Source: Eledone cirrhosa
Lineage: Eukaryota
Reading direction: 5' to 3'
NCBI GenBank assembly: GCA_964016885.1
Contig: OZ024746.1
Span: 42,284,001 to 42,348,000, forward strand
DNA: 64,000 nt
Below are positions 1 to 13,484 of this stretch, in pieces. How positions within the stretch are numbered: position 1 is the stretch's first letter; each line of letters opens with the position of its first letter. Position numbers and translations under genes: made by a program. The notes under the pieces are model-generated. The model was not told the origin of the DNA, did no database searches, and saw nothing but the letters and a program-made list of their open reading frames with translations.

Positions 1-441
1 GGAAAATATATCAGAACAGTTTGAAGGACAGAAAAACATGTCAAAAAGTTTTGGTCGGAAAAAATAAAACGTCTGAGGAATTCTGTTTCAGACTGTTGGT
101 ATATCTGGTGTAGTTTTGTCATAAATCAGTCAAAAGTTTGCCTCACAAAAAACAGCCAGAGATGAAATAGCACTTAACAATAAATTTGATCTCAATCTAA
201 ATTCCTCATCTGTAAAGTATAGAGAAATAGATATCACACTTATTACATTGCTTCTTTACAAAGGACATGAGAGTTTTCTACAGTAGAATTTAGAGATTTC
301 TGACATTTAAAAAATGTAGTTGTGATAAACTTCTCTAGCATAAGTTATAGGTATTTGCAGAAACACCACCCTGGGGTGGGGGCAGGGGGTGGTCTGTTTG
401 TTTCTATAATATACATGTATATATATATATATAAATATATA

Positions 442-475
<34 letters not shown>

Positions 476-476
<1 letters not shown>

Positions 477-655
477 CATCATCATCATCATCTTCATCAT
501 CATTTTATGTCCACTTTTCCCTGCTTGCCAGGGTGGGACATGTGCTCTTCAGTACAGCAGCTCTCCATTCATCATGGTCCCTCGTTATCTTTTCTGTGAG
601 CTTCAGTGATCTGAGGTCAGTTCTCATCAGCTCCACCCATGCTTTTCGTGGTGCA
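476..655 (-). mobile_element. RTE LINE 3' end fragment (family B-like) with (GAT)n tail
   Basis: Reverse complement matches the 3' end of RTE copies at 4748-5186 and 20178-21462 (GCAGGGAAAAGTGGAC..AAAATGATG); tail abuts (TA)n. Confidence 0.75.
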
Positions 656-860
656 GGCCATTTTCAATATTTCAAACTTGTTGCTAGAATTTCATCTCTG
701 CACCAGGTAATGTTGTAATGTACTAAAATGTACTAATGTTGTAATGTACTAAAAGAGTAAAAAAGGCCTTAAAATGCTCAAAGAAGTTACATCTGTAAGT
801 CAGTTATACTATAAGATGAGTTTCCATAGCTAGCAGACAATTGGAAAATAAGAGGTTTTA

Positions 861-1080
861 CCCTTTATCATTTATATTACTCTATATTTACTATGTATTT
901 TTACAGTAAAGGCTTTACCTCACATAATTATCTCACATTATATCGAATCCACGAGATTCTGATATTATGTATTTTGAGAATAACAGCTTAACGCCAGTAT
1001 GAGCGGCCGGTTATGTCCGGTTTGAATAAAAAGAGGTAAGAGAATTCTGGCTGGATATGGGTAGTTTAAATGCTAAAGGG
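861..1080 (+). mobile_element. piggyBac-type MITE, ~220 bp
   Basis: TIRs CCCTTTA(G/T)CATTTA...TAAATGCTAAAGGG, flanked by TTTA/TTAA; three more copies in the window. Confidence 0.8.
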
Positions 1081-1745
1081 TTAAATATACCTAACATCCT
1101 GAAGATAGGATAGAAAGCGTAATCAGAAGAGCATCTGTATCAACATAAATCACGATTGTATAGAAATATATGTACAGAATAGCATGGATAGATTTGTAGT
1201 AGAATCATAGAAGTGTTGTTCAAAACTTATTTTTTAACAGAGCCTTACAAAAACGAAAATAAATATATAAAACCATAAAACACATTTTGAATAAAATATC
1301 TCCACTAAAGAGATATAAAGACATCTCCCATTATTCTTTCTACATAGTAACAATTGCTTCTCTGATGACAAGATGTCAACATGGCCATTACAGACAATTT
1401 TGTAATTAGTACACTAGACAGAGTAGGTAAATAGAATAAATTAGAATAATATCAATATCTTCATGTGTGTGTCTGTGTACAAGAGTATGTTTATATATAA
1501 ATATATGAATATATATATATGTTTGTGTGTGTATGTGTGTATAAATGTATACATATATTATATATATATATATATATGTACACACACACACACATATAGC
1601 AGGGAAAGTGGACGTTAACATGACAGTGATGAGGATGATGTTGATACATATATATATATATACATATACCTGGTATCCCAAAAAGATGTATACACACTTC
1701 AACAGCATTCTAATAAAAGTGTGTATAGATCTTTGGGGACTCCCT

Positions 1746-1799
<54 letters not shown>

Positions 1800-2789
1800 G
1801 ACTCTTTTCTTACTATATCATGTTAAAATAATATATATCTTCATTTAACAGTATTGTTTCCCTGTGTTTGTTCTCTCTTTTTACTTTTAACATATATATA
1901 TATATGTGTGGTGTGTGTACATTTCTTTATGACAAAAAATACACATCCAGGACCTAAATAGGTTTATCTTTACAAAGAATCATCAGCAGGCAATTGGTAA
2001 ACAAGTGTATGTAAGGAAATATTTAGTCTCTACTTAGTTCTATTAAGACCTCTAAGTTTGTACCATAATATACAATATATGCTTGAAATATATCTGTAGT
2101 TTATATTTTAATGCTCTACATACAGACATATATGTGAAATCTCTTTCTCCTCCTCCTCCTTATCCTCATCATCATCATCATCATCCTCACCATGACCACC
2201 ATTTCAAATTCACTTTCCATGCTGGCATTGATAGAACTGGTTGATGCAGTTTGAATTAATTATCTTTTAGAGTAGCTTACATCCTAGGTGTGTTAGAGGA
2301 TCACTTAAATTCCATTTTTGGCATTGTTTCTACAGTTGGATTCTCTTTTTAACACCAACCACCTTACTGGATGCCTTTTATCATAGAACCAACACTAGAG
2401 AAGTTTTCCAGCTCTGACATGACTAAAGAGTTCTCTCTACTCTCTCTTATTTCTGTTGATTGCCAACCACTTTACAGAGGGTACTGTGTGAACTTTTATA
2501 TACTATCAACACTAGTGAAGTCACTTTATCCACTGAATGGCTAAACAGTGCTCTATATTCTATGGTGTCTCCCTTCTTTCTGCTTATAAGAAAGTTGTCA
2601 TCAGAATACAGTTCTCTCAAATAGCCAGATATAAATTCTCTATTATAACCTGGTAGACTACAACAAACATAAGGTGACAAAGAATTTAGACTTGATAGAC
2701 TCCTACATAGACACTAAATTCCTCACTGAACTCATTGCCTACGCTCACTTTACTAAGACAAGCCATTCATTTACACCTATTTTCTTTAG

Positions 2790-4230
2790 CAGTCACCAAA
2801 TTGGAGACAATGGAACTCTGACAAAGGTTTTTACTATGCCAATGAATGTTAAGTATAATGGCTTATTCTTAGCTAAGTACATTTTCTGCAATTGTCTTAC
2901 TAGAAAGATGGTATCAAAAGTGATTCTCACTGGCACAAAGTCAAATTGTATCTCTTCAAGTTTAATTCTCTTCTTAAACAATTGTGCTATATCTCTTTCT
3001 ATAACTTTCATAACCTGGCACAGAAATTTGATGCCACAGGCATTGCCTCTTTCCAATGCATCTCTTTTTCCTTGGTAAAGTTCCTACACCAGTCATTGGG
3101 TATGACACCTTCTTGTACTACATGATTAAATATGCAAGTTACTAGCCAGATAATTTAATCATCTCTAAATATCCTCAATGGAATAGCTGCCTTTCCTGCC
3201 TTCATGTCCTTAACTGTAATTGTTATCATATTACTGTCCTCTTGGGATGGCTGGTGCCTCTGCAGATTCTTCTTGGAGTAGACCATCTCTCTCCTAAGCA
3301 TTCTCCTCATTTAACAATACCTTCATATTTCATTCTTTCGGTACCAATAACTGTCTCATTATAGCTCCATTACTTACTTCTTCCCAACAATGTGTTGGTT
3401 CTCTCTAATACCCTGCCTTTCAAACTGGAACACCCCAGGGCTCTGATCCTCATGCCACAAAATACTAGTAAATCTCTTACTTTCTGCTTCTTTCTTTGCT
3501 AGTATATGAGGGTCAGCTGAAAAGTTCATAGGCTGACAGTGAAAGAATGATGCTAAAGCTGTGAAATCTTGCATGAATTAATTTCAACTCTTCTTATTAA
3601 TAACTGCATTGTTTCTTTCCAGGGACTATGTTGAAAAATAAAACCTCATTTGTCATTCCATGAAAGTATCTTGTTTAGCCTCTGAACTTTTCAACCAACC
3701 CTCATATGTCAATTTATTCCTTACTTTTAGCATTGCTCTCTGCTGTTCCATTCAACCTATCTTTCCATGCTTGTCCTTTAGCTTTTATAACTGTATCAGC
3801 ATTCGTATTCCACCACTCCATCACCTTCAATCTTGCTGGCACATTGACCCAGTCACCAATCTGGTATGTCACCATCAGTAGATTGTCCCATAGCAACTCA
3901 ATTATCCTTTATATTAAATGTCTCTATCACCTACTTGTTCTTGTCAAATGTCTCAACTAGTACTTGTGTAAGCTTATAATTATTTGGTAACTCTTAAGCT
4001 TCCATATCCTTTTTCTCCAAACCATCTTAAGTCTCTGAGTGTCTTATTCTGAAGTCGCTATGTTGGCTGATACCTTCTTCACCAGGAAAACACCTAACAT
4101 TCACAATTATTGGTTTATCTCATCGTTTCCAGGTGAGAAGGAAATATATGACTTGTGGGTTTCTATGATTAGTAGGTGATCAGGTGGCTGGTTGATTTCC
4201 TGAACTTAGTGTTGGAAATTGTCAATTCAT
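2790..4230 (-). pseudogene. Old, heavily decayed RTE LINE ORF (EN remnant, linker, RT N-terminus)
   Basis: Translates GIKFLCQVMKVIERDIAQL..IFLVRQLQKMYLAKNKPLYL (ORF 2793-3056) and EWWN..VIKAK..AWK; homologous to ORF 21735-22790. Confidence 0.75.
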
Positions 4231-4747
4231 TTAAACTCCAGAAACTTTTATCTTTATTCATTCATTGTGTCATAGCCATAGCAAGATACACACTACACAT
4301 GTATGTACACTCACACATAGAAACACGCACACATATGCAGTCCAAACAGAATTTCAGGCTTGAAATTGCAAAGATAAACTCTGTTTATTAATTTTTTCCA
4401 CTCACCTTAATTAGGAAGCAAGAACACTTCCCTCAGGTATTTTCACCTTTGCATGCAATTCTTTTCCCTTTCCACAAGTATAAATTGACCATTCTAGTCA
4501 AGCGAACTTTCTACCTGAATATACTTTGCTAAGATGATGTCTATTGCTTTCACCAAGTTGACATTATGACAAGTTCTACTCCCTACTGCATTGTCTAAAA
4601 CTATTCAAAATAATTTGGAACAACTGCTATTGTAGAAATTCTGTCCATCGCTTACTTTTCCAGATTTGAGCACCCCAATAAGGCATTTTGATCTTGAAAT
4701 TATGAAGAAAATCTCAATCATTGAGGTTTATTCATTTTATATTTAGG

Positions 4748-5186
4748 AAAGGTCGGTTATATGATGCCTGCGTGAGATGTGTGATGCTGCATGGTAGTGA
4801 GACATGGGCAGAAACTGCAGAGGATATGCGATGGCTGGAGAGAAATGAAGCAAGCATGCACCGCTGGATGTGCAATGTCAATGTGCGTGAACGACCAAGC
4901 ATAGACGAGTTGAGAAAGAAACTGTGTATAAGAGGGATAAGTTGTGGTGTGCAGGAGAGAAGGCTGAGATGGTATGGACATATGATACGCATGAAAGATG
5001 ATTACTGTAGAGGAAGACCACGAAAAAACATGGGTGGAGGGGGTGAGAGCAGACCTCAGATCGCTGAAACTCACCGAGGAGAGGAGATGACGAAAGGCCG
5101 TGATAAGTGGAGAGATGTTGTGCTGAATAGGACCTGTCCAACCCTTGCAAGCAGGGAAAAGTGGACGTAAAATGATGATGATGATG
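4748..5186 (+). mobile_element. 5'-truncated RTE LINE (family B), C-terminus plus (TGA)n tail
   Basis: [18 protein letters not shown]...[12 protein letters not shown]...RGRPRK, typical RTE C-terminal motifs. Confidence 0.9.
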
Positions 5187-5246
5187 CATGACTGTATTCA
5201 AATAAATAATATATATGTATGACTGTGCACATGAATATATATATAT

Positions 5247-5586
5247 TTCATTTCATTACATTTCCTTTTACATCCACTTTTCCCTGCTTGCAAGGGTGGG
5301 ACGGGAACTGATTCTGGCTTGATTTCTACAGCTGGATGCCCTTCCTAACACCAACCTCATTTACAGTGAGTGCTGGGTTCTTTTTTGCCGTGGCACCTCC
5401 ACGACCACTTTGCAGTGGAATGATAGGGACCCCAGTTCCTATCATCTCATTTCTACAGCTGAGTAAACTGGAGCAATGTGAAATAAAGTGTCTTGCTCAA
5501 GGAAACAACACATCACCCGGTCCGAGAATTGAACTCACAACCTTTCGATTGCAAGGCCAATGCTCTAACCACTAAGCCATGTGCCT
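5247..5586 (-). mobile_element. tRNA-derived CORE-type SINE with RTE-derived tail
   Basis: Minus strand: A box TGGCTTAGTGG, B box GAGTTCAATTC, CORE-like CCTTGAGCAAGACACTT...CAGTTTACTCAGCTGTAGAAATG, RTE 3' end; copies at 9262, 27551, 36500. Confidence 0.85.
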
Positions 5587-5609
5587 GAATATATATATAT
5601 ATATATATT

Positions 5610-5871
5610 CAGATCACTACTGATTACCACGGATTTACCAGTCTTCTGATTGTGGGACTTTTTACTGCCTTTGCACTGCTTCAATCTGCATTGATTGGCT
5701 TCCTGACGTTTCCTAATTTTTCCTATTTTTCTAGTTCCTATTCTCCCGCTTATCTGAACATTCCTGTTGAAGGACTTCTGTCCGAAATGTTAAAACCTCC
5801 TTCACTTTCATCAAGCATGAACCTAATATAACTGTGTACGATTGGCTCCTGTGTTTTGTTAATTCCTTTTC

Positions 5872-5875
<4 letters not shown>
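5610..5875 (+). mobile_element. Decayed PLE-like terminal fragment with degenerate hammerhead core
   Basis: CTGTTGA-AGGAC TTCT GTCC-GAAATGTT at ~5764-5791, between (TA)n tracts; similar layouts at 16755-16910 and 27915-28130. Confidence 0.45.
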
Positions 5876-5910
<35 letters not shown>

Positions 5911-6564
5911 AGTCTCATCTGTATCTTTGCACTGAATACTTGCATATGAAATATAAATGTGTTGATATAAATTTAGTTTTGTTTTGTTTGTTTTTTTACA
6001 TTTTTATCACATTTCCTACAAACATTCAGAAGAGAAACCATAAACCAAAGTATTAAAAAAGAAATTACTTTAATTCAGTTGTTATATTTTATCCTTTCCA
6101 TGGTGGTTTCTTCAGCAATGACTAGCTGAAAAACAAAAACAAATGAGGGGGAGGGGGGATAAAACAAAATGGAATTTAAAATATCTTCTCTGGTTACGTT
6201 GGCATATTAGAAAATAGCAGAAAATAACAGATAAATTCTTTAAAGTATTTGTTCCAAACCCAAATTCTATTGTATAAATACACTCTGATTGGTTTTCTTT
6301 TTCTAAATAATATTACTCTTAGAGTTAGTTACGTTTAGACCTACAAGTTTTTGATTAAAAACCAAAAGCTGCTTTTCATTTTTCTTTACTTTTTTTAATT
6401 TCAGACGATCAATACTTACGTTTTATTGATTAACAAAAGTAAATGTGTTTATGCACACATCTCAAAAATCAATATAAATGTGAAAATATGTTAAGAAAAT
6501 TCTAGAAATGTTCCACTAATTAATACATGCTCAGTTTAAGCTAATGCATGTTTATCTTTCTCTC

Positions 6565-6609
<45 letters not shown>

Positions 6610-6610
<1 letters not shown>

Positions 6611-7042
6611 TATATGTTTATTTATTAATATACATATATACTTTATAAATAACAATCGAAGAGTGTTTAAAACATTTAATGACTTACGATCGTTTCACCC
6701 TAGCACAAGGCCGAAATCATCGGAGTGTATAATAAAGGTTAAAGCGCAAATATAATATCAAAAGTTTGCCATAAGAACTTTGGGATGATACATAATATAG
6801 GAAGTAAGCATAAGTATCAACATTTATATAACAAATAGCAAAGGTGGAAGAAGCATATGAAACATATGAGCATATAAATGCAATAAAATAAATGTTGATA
6901 CTTATGCTTACTTCCTATATTACGTATCCTCCCAGTGTTCTTATGACAAACTTCTGATAATATATTTGTATTTGAACCTTTATTATATACTCCGATGATT
7001 TTGGCCTTGTGCTAGGACGAAATCATCCTAAGTGATTAAATG
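6610..7042 (-). mobile_element. Fold-back PLE-type element (arms 6673-6823 / 6891-7042) with hammerhead-like motif
   Basis: ~150 bp inverted arms; minus strand 6726-6682 reads act-CCGATGA-stemII-GAA-ACGATCGT-A-agt. Confidence 0.7.
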
Positions 7043-7239
7043 GTAAGAAAATATGTTAAGAAAATTCTAGAAATGTTCCAGTAATTAATACATGCTCAGT
7101 TTAAGCTAATGCATGTTTATCTTTCTCTCTCTGTATATATATATATATATATATATATTTGAAAAAAAGGAAAATAATGATTTCACTTGTAGTGTTAAAA
7201 AATTTATGATTTAATGTTATAATATAATATTATAATATT

Positions 7240-7426
7240 TGTTTCTACTTTTGGCACAAGGCCAGCAATTATCCAGTACATTACTGGTACTTTATTTTAT
7301 CGACCCCATAAGGATGAAAGGCAAAGTTAACCTCGGCGGGATTTGAACTCAGAATGGCAAGGGCCGTAACTCTATGCGTCAAAGCATGGCGTCCAACCCT
7401 CTACCGATACTGCCAATTCACCGCCC
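7240..7426 (-). mobile_element. tRNA-derived SINE with Meta-like central domain
   Basis: Minus strand: TGGCAGTATCGG A box, GAGTTCAAATCC B box, GCCTTTCATCCTTATGGGGTCGATAAAATAAAGTACCAG core; many copies in the window. Confidence 0.8.
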
Positions 7427-8089
7427 TTATATAATATAATATTATAATATTATATATAATATAATATTATAATATTATGAGTTGGTAGATCCAGTAAGTT
7501 CTTTGTTAACTTCGATGGGAAGAATTTTAGAGATTCCTGGTTAACTTCGGTTGGAGAACTTTCTTGCATTCGTCTGTCTGTGGTGATTGTCAAACTGAGA
7601 TCAGGTTGTGTTGAAATGTGTGACTATATATAAGAGAGATTTGGATGTGTCTGGGGTGTGACGTGTGGTGTTAATGAGTGTTGATGATGATGAAGGTCCG
7701 GAGGAATTAAAGTATACATACATATACACACACACGTACACACACATATATATACACTCAGAAAATGGTGAGGTTGTAAGATAAGGGTGTTTGTCTCCTG
7801 CTGGCTTTATTTCATTAGCTGACCTTTGATGAGTATATAATGGCATAGCTGAATCAACTCTTCCAAATCCATAAAGAATATCTTCTACAGATTTCTATAT
7901 CAAAGATGAATTTAGGTGCTTGTCTGGTTTTTAATGAAGTGTAAGATACATGTCTTTTGATAAGAATGGGATGACAGGAAAAAGAGAAAAGAAGGATAGT
8001 TTGGGAATATTTGTCAAAGATGTGTTGTTGATATTGGTCTGGGAGAGGAAGTGTGGGGGGACATGCTGGCTCACATATTCACTTCCCTA

Positions 8090-8144
8090 TATGTAAACGT
8101 ATCTACAGTCCATATATACTACATACAAACACATATCAACACAC

Positions 8145-8207
<63 letters not shown>

Positions 8208-8600
8208 CACATATACATGTATATATATATATATATTTTATACACACATACATATATACTATACATATCTTGTACATACACACACACACATAGATACATA
8301 TACACATATATATATATCCTATACATACATATATTTCAAACACACATATATATATACAGACATATATTTTTTCTACATACATATATATATATATATCCTA
8401 TACACACATATATACATATATCTTTTACACATATACCATACATACATGTTATATACACACCTTATATATCCTATACATATACCACACATATATCCCACAC
8501 ATATATCATATACATCCTATATATACACTATACATATCCTACATACATATTATATATATCTCCCACATATATACACACATACATACGTACATACATATAT
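8090..8600. repeat. Compound (TA)n/(CA)n low-complexity tract
   Basis: Direct inspection; source of spurious IYIY/HTHT ORFs. Confidence 0.9.
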
Positions 8601-8645
8601 AGAATGATATTAAATAAATGGAAACTATATTTATAAAACCATATT

Positions 8646-8706
8646 TATTCTATTATATATATTTCAAGGGTACCAACATTTTGGTACGCTATCATCAGAT
8701 AAAATA
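8646..8706 (-). ncRNA. Type I hammerhead ribozyme (PLE-type)
   Basis: tattttat-CTGATGA-tagcGTACCAAaatgTTGGTACcctt-GAA-ATATATAT-A-atagaata; homologous to 21544-21604. Confidence 0.75.
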
Positions 8707-8707
8707 G

Positions 8708-8789
8708 AAAGTGTGTTTTATAAATTTTGACATAACCAAGGAGAAGATATATTCTCCTTGGTTATGTCAAAATTTATAAAACACACTTT
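8708..8789. repeat. Perfect 38-bp-arm palindrome (inverted 5' end of the HHR element)
   Basis: aaagtgtgttttataaattttgacataaccaaggagaa / gatata loop / exact reverse complement. Confidence 0.95.
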
Positions 8790-9261
8790 ATATGATTGTG
8801 TATAGAAGATTATATTAATAAAAGGAATTCCAACTTTGTCTGATTTACTCGTTTTATTTACAATCTTTTAAAATTATAATGGTATTAGAATGAAATAGTA
8901 TGGTAGAATATTAAATGTTAAGTGTTAATTGAACAAGTACTTTCATGCTTTTGCAATCTTCAGGTTCATATTCTGGGGTGACAGTCAAATTTGCAATTTT
9001 CAACTGTATATATATATATATATATATATATCCCATATACACACATATATTTTATACATACATACACACATATATATACACACACATATATACATACACA
9101 CACGCACATACATATACATACATATGCACATATGTATATATTCTCCACACATTTTATATACACATACATACATACACATATATATTCCATATAAACACAT
9201 TTGATACCTCCTACACATATATATACTTTTTACAAATACATATATATATACTTCATATATA

Positions 9262-9511
9262 TCATTTCATTTCATTTTACGTCCGCTTTTCCCTGCTTGC
9301 AAGGGTGGGACGGGAACTGATTCTGGCTTGATTTCTACAGCTGGATGCCCTTCCTAACACCAACCTCATTTACAGTGAGTGCTGGGTGCTTTTTTGCCAT
9401 AGCACCTCCACGACCACTTTGCAGTGGAATGATAGGGACCCAGTCCCTATCATCTCATTTGAGTAAACTGGAGCAATGTGAAATAAAGTGTCTTGCTCAA
9501 GGAAACAACAC
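9262..9511 (-). mobile_element. CORE-type SINE, 5'-truncated
   Basis: Near-identical to 5247-5586, lacks the tRNA head. Confidence 0.85.
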
Positions 9512-9936
9512 ATACATTACATATAAATGTATTATACACATATCCACACATACACACACATACCTATATATACACATATCTATATCACACATACGCATGT
9601 GCATACATACACACATATATAAATATACACACACACATATGCACACATACACATAAACATGTACACATATATCTGTATACCTACAGACACATATATAAAA
9701 AAAACACATCTATACATACATATACATACATCTATACATACATATACAAGTTCATATATACATTGGTGTGGGGAAGGGGAAATTAATGAAATGTTATTGT
9801 ACCTCTGAGGGTTTTTCTTCTCTTCAGTGATCGAATGTTTGAAAGTACGGGTGTCATCAACTATTTTTCTTTTTCAATATGAGATTTTTTTAAAAGAAAA
9901 GAGAGGGGGAGAATCCCGTTGCTTGAAAATGGAATA

Positions 9937-10470
9937 TCACTTTTTTGTGTTCAGTAGTGGTTTGTATTTTCTAATAAAGAATTCTTCTTTATATTTTCGG
10001 AAGTGTTCGTTGTCCGACCATATCTTAAAGAAGGGGAAAATTGTGAAATTTCCCTTTCCGCATGTTGTGGTGTTTCTGACAGAGGGGTCTCTAATTTGTT
10101 GTTTATGTACTCAAACTCTGTCATGTAGACTCGTTCCGGTTTCACCAATGTAGTATTCTTTACATTGTGGGCAGATTGCACAGTAAATCATGTTTTTTTG
10201 TTTTGCAATTCATGTTTGCATTAACTATGAAAGACTTGTTGTTTTTAAAGGAGATTTGTCCACCCTCTTCAATGAGTTCGCAAGTTCCGCATCGAGGGTC
10301 CCCGCATTTCTTAACTTGTATTGCTTCATTATTAGACGTAAATTTTGCCTTGGTAAGCAGTTTCTTTAGGTTGGGTGCTTGGCATCTACTATATATAATT
10401 TGTGCGTCTTTTATGAGTGCATTCATTTTGGGGGACTGCTGGAGAATAGGGAGATATTGTTTGGGTTAGA
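9937..10470 (-). pseudogene. Penelope-like element (Neptune-like) linker plus GIY-YIG endonuclease, frameshifted
   Basis: RCQAPNLKKLL..KCGDPRCGTC (Cys-rich linker), frameshift, then NMIYCAICPQCKEYYIGETGTSLHDRV*VH..KEEFFIRKYKPLLN. Confidence 0.88.
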
Positions 10471-10537
10471 AAATTCCTTGCAAGTGGAATATATATTTTG
10501 TATGTCTCTATGTATATATGTATATGTATACTATATA

Positions 10538-10931
10538 CGAGGGCAATCCCAAAAGTAAGGTTTCCTTCTGCTATTGCAACTTTTCCGTTAAAATCCTGTG
10601 GTTGGTGCTTTGGGAAACCTCAGAAACCAAAATGCAGAGAGCATCCAGAGTAATCCGCCGATCTTTATGCATTTTTTCTTCGGAAGGAGACCTTACTTTT
10701 GGGATTGCCCTCGTATATAATAACTGCACGAAATTCGCACTTGGCGGTAGCGTTCAACGGGAGCTCCATTCTCAATGGCTGCCAAGCCAAGATTGAGCAT
10801 CCCAGTGAAGCGCACACATGCTTGTTTGGGAGTGAAGGAACCACCAATCACAACAGTGTTGCCAACAGCCATACAAACAGTTTCTCTGCGTCCCCATTGC
10901 TTTGGAGACCTTACTTTTGGGATTACCCTCG
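10538..10931 (-). mobile_element. Composite mariner-derived MITE with three TIRs
   Basis: TA-CGAGGG(C/T)AATCCCAAAAGTAAGG TIRs at 10538, 10713 and 10931; encodes mariner-like N-terminus MELPLNATAKCEFRAVI; second copy at 53595-53987. Confidence 0.85.
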
Positions 10932-11346
10932 TATATGTACATACATGTATATACATATATATAATATTAAGAAACAGAAGAGAGACTGTGTCACATATTC
11001 AACATCATTTTATTCGATTATATCATCCTGTTATGCACATTTTGAAGGTACAGCAATATGTTTTTGTCAGACAGACAAGTCAAATATAAATAAAAATAAA
11101 ATTTGCTTTTATGGATATGTTTTAAATGTGTATAACAGGAAGACGTATTGGAACAAAACAATGTTGACTATGTGATACAGTCTTCCATCATTTTCTTAAT
11201 ATTGATATTTCGTCTGATACCATACATGTCATACTTTGTGAGATATGTAACACTGACTGCTTCTACCTGATTACAACAATGTTAGTCAATTGATTGGATC
11301 AGATAACACTAATATATATAAATATATATTAAAGCCAAGATCGAGT

Positions 11347-11395
11347 CCTGTTACTCAAGTGTTTCTTCTGTTTACTCACAGGTTCATCAGACAAG
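11347..11395 (-). ncRNA. Type I hammerhead ribozyme
   Basis: cttgt-CTGATGA-acCTGTgagtaaACAGaa-GAA-ACacttgaGT-A-acagg; lies just upstream of a (TA)-rich tract. Confidence 0.6.
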
Positions 11396-12915
11396 ATTAA
11401 TTTTCTAGGGGACAGTATATATATTACTGATGTGGAGAAGAGACTTGGCAAAGCTGCAGTTGTCTTACAATGCTTGAAACTTGTATAGTCTAACTCATGC
11501 ATTAACCAAGACACCTAACTCTCCCTGTATACATTAATTGTCATGTCAACAATGATTTATGCTTGCAAGATGAGGAAAGTGTTTAGCATAATTTATAGAA
11601 ATGCAGATGTCTTTCACAGTTGTTGCCTAAAAACAATACCAAAAATATGGGATACCATCCCTCCATGATTACAGAATATGCTCAGTCATACGCTACACGT
11701 TCTCACAAAGAGACTGGTGAGAATCTTTAATCAGAAGCCAGAAGCAGAGTTAGGAAAGGAAGCAGCCCCATGAAGATCTGTTCGAGATTTGTGGAGGAAA
11801 ACTTGGCAGACATGCATTTATGTAAGAAACATATATTTAGCCTTGCTGTTCAAATGGTCTTCCCTGTTCAAATGGGCTACCCCATAGCATGAACCTAGAG
11901 GATATTTGCACAGCAAAGCTAAATGCACATATGATAACAGTATTCCTGAAAATTATTTATAGTTTACCCCCCCCCCCCCCCCCCACACACACACACCCAC
12001 ACACACACACACACACATTCATATATATATATATGTAAAGTATAATGTTTTTGCAGAAGTAAAAAATAATTCTGCTGAAATATTGAAAATATCGTTAATA
12101 TGTTTTAGTATTACCATTTTAATTTTTTTTTATTTATTAACATGGATCATGATATGTATTGGTGAAAATTTGTAAGCCTTCAGGCTATAATAGAATTCAT
12201 TGTTATTTATTAGAAAGCATTTTTTTTTGTGTGTTTGAAAAACATTGTAGTGTATTTAAACTGAAAGTACACGTTATATATTAGTGCAGTTTAAATGCAG
12301 TCTTTTAATGTCAAAGAGATATACCAAAGAAACATGCCATCATACATCATCCTGTAAATTTGAGTATGTGTGTGTGGGGGGGGGGGGGGCAGAGAAAGGG
12401 GTAAGAAAGAGAGAAGGAGAACATGTGTGTTTGTTTGTGCATATGAATGTGTATATGTGTGTTTATATGCACATGTGTATAATGGGTAGAGGAATATGGG
12501 AAATGTTAAGGAGTTCTCCATGCCTTTTGGTTTGATCTCAGTGTATAAACTCTTTGATGAATATCTTCTATCATAGCCTGCAGTCAAACCCAAGATGTGA
12601 GATTGAAATTCAACAGAGAGAAACTGTGTTGATGCTAACTGAATGGACTGCTCCTTTAATTTGATGTCCCAGTTATATCACAAATGCCATGTTGATTCTT
12701 CCATGAATACTTTGCTGCTAACAATGTAAAACAATGACTATGTTGCACCATCGGTTCAACAACTGTAGCATTCACCATCAAACCCAAAGTGTGATTCACA
12801 ATATGTGTATGCATACATGACTGCGTGTACATGTGTGTGTACAATATGAATAATAATGTGTGTGTTTACATGCTGCACATATAGGTATTATATATGTGTA
12901 TATATATATGTAAGT

Positions 12916-13133
12916 GGAGGCACGTGGCCTAGTGGTAAGAGTGTTGGACTTACGATCATAATGTCGTTGGCTCGATTCCTGGGTTGCGTGTTGTGTTCTT
13001 GAGCAAAACACTTCATTTCACGTTGCTCCAGTATACTCAGTTGAAAATGTGTACCAGCAATAGCTGGAGGTTTAACCCTGCAATGGACTGGTGTCCTGTC
13101 CGGGGGGGTCTTGTACTCTCAGTCACAAAACCG
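12916..13133 (+). mobile_element. tRNA-derived CORE-type SINE (different tail)
   Basis: GTGGCCTAGTGG A box, GGCTCGATTCC B box, TTCTTGAGCAAAACACTT CORE-like segment. Confidence 0.75.
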
Positions 13134-13222
13134 CTATATAGATATATATGTAAGCATATATATATAAGATGTTTGTATATCATGTATATACATTCATATA
13201 TGTCATATTTATGTATTATGCC

Positions 13223-13259
<37 letters not shown>

Positions 13260-13275
13260 ATGTATATATATATAC

Positions 13276-13312
<37 letters not shown>

Positions 13313-13441
13313 CATAATACATAAATGACATATAAATGTATATACAATACAATATATAAATATGACATATATAAATATATATACAATATAATATATAAAC
13401 ATTTATATATGTCATATTTATGTATTATTATGCCTATATAT

Positions 13442-13484
<43 letters not shown>

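Noticed and set aside
7480-8070. Possible additional PLE ORF remnants (RQAPK-like motif; also 11400-11950)
   Set aside because: Too decayed to support by eye; needs tblastn against PLE proteins
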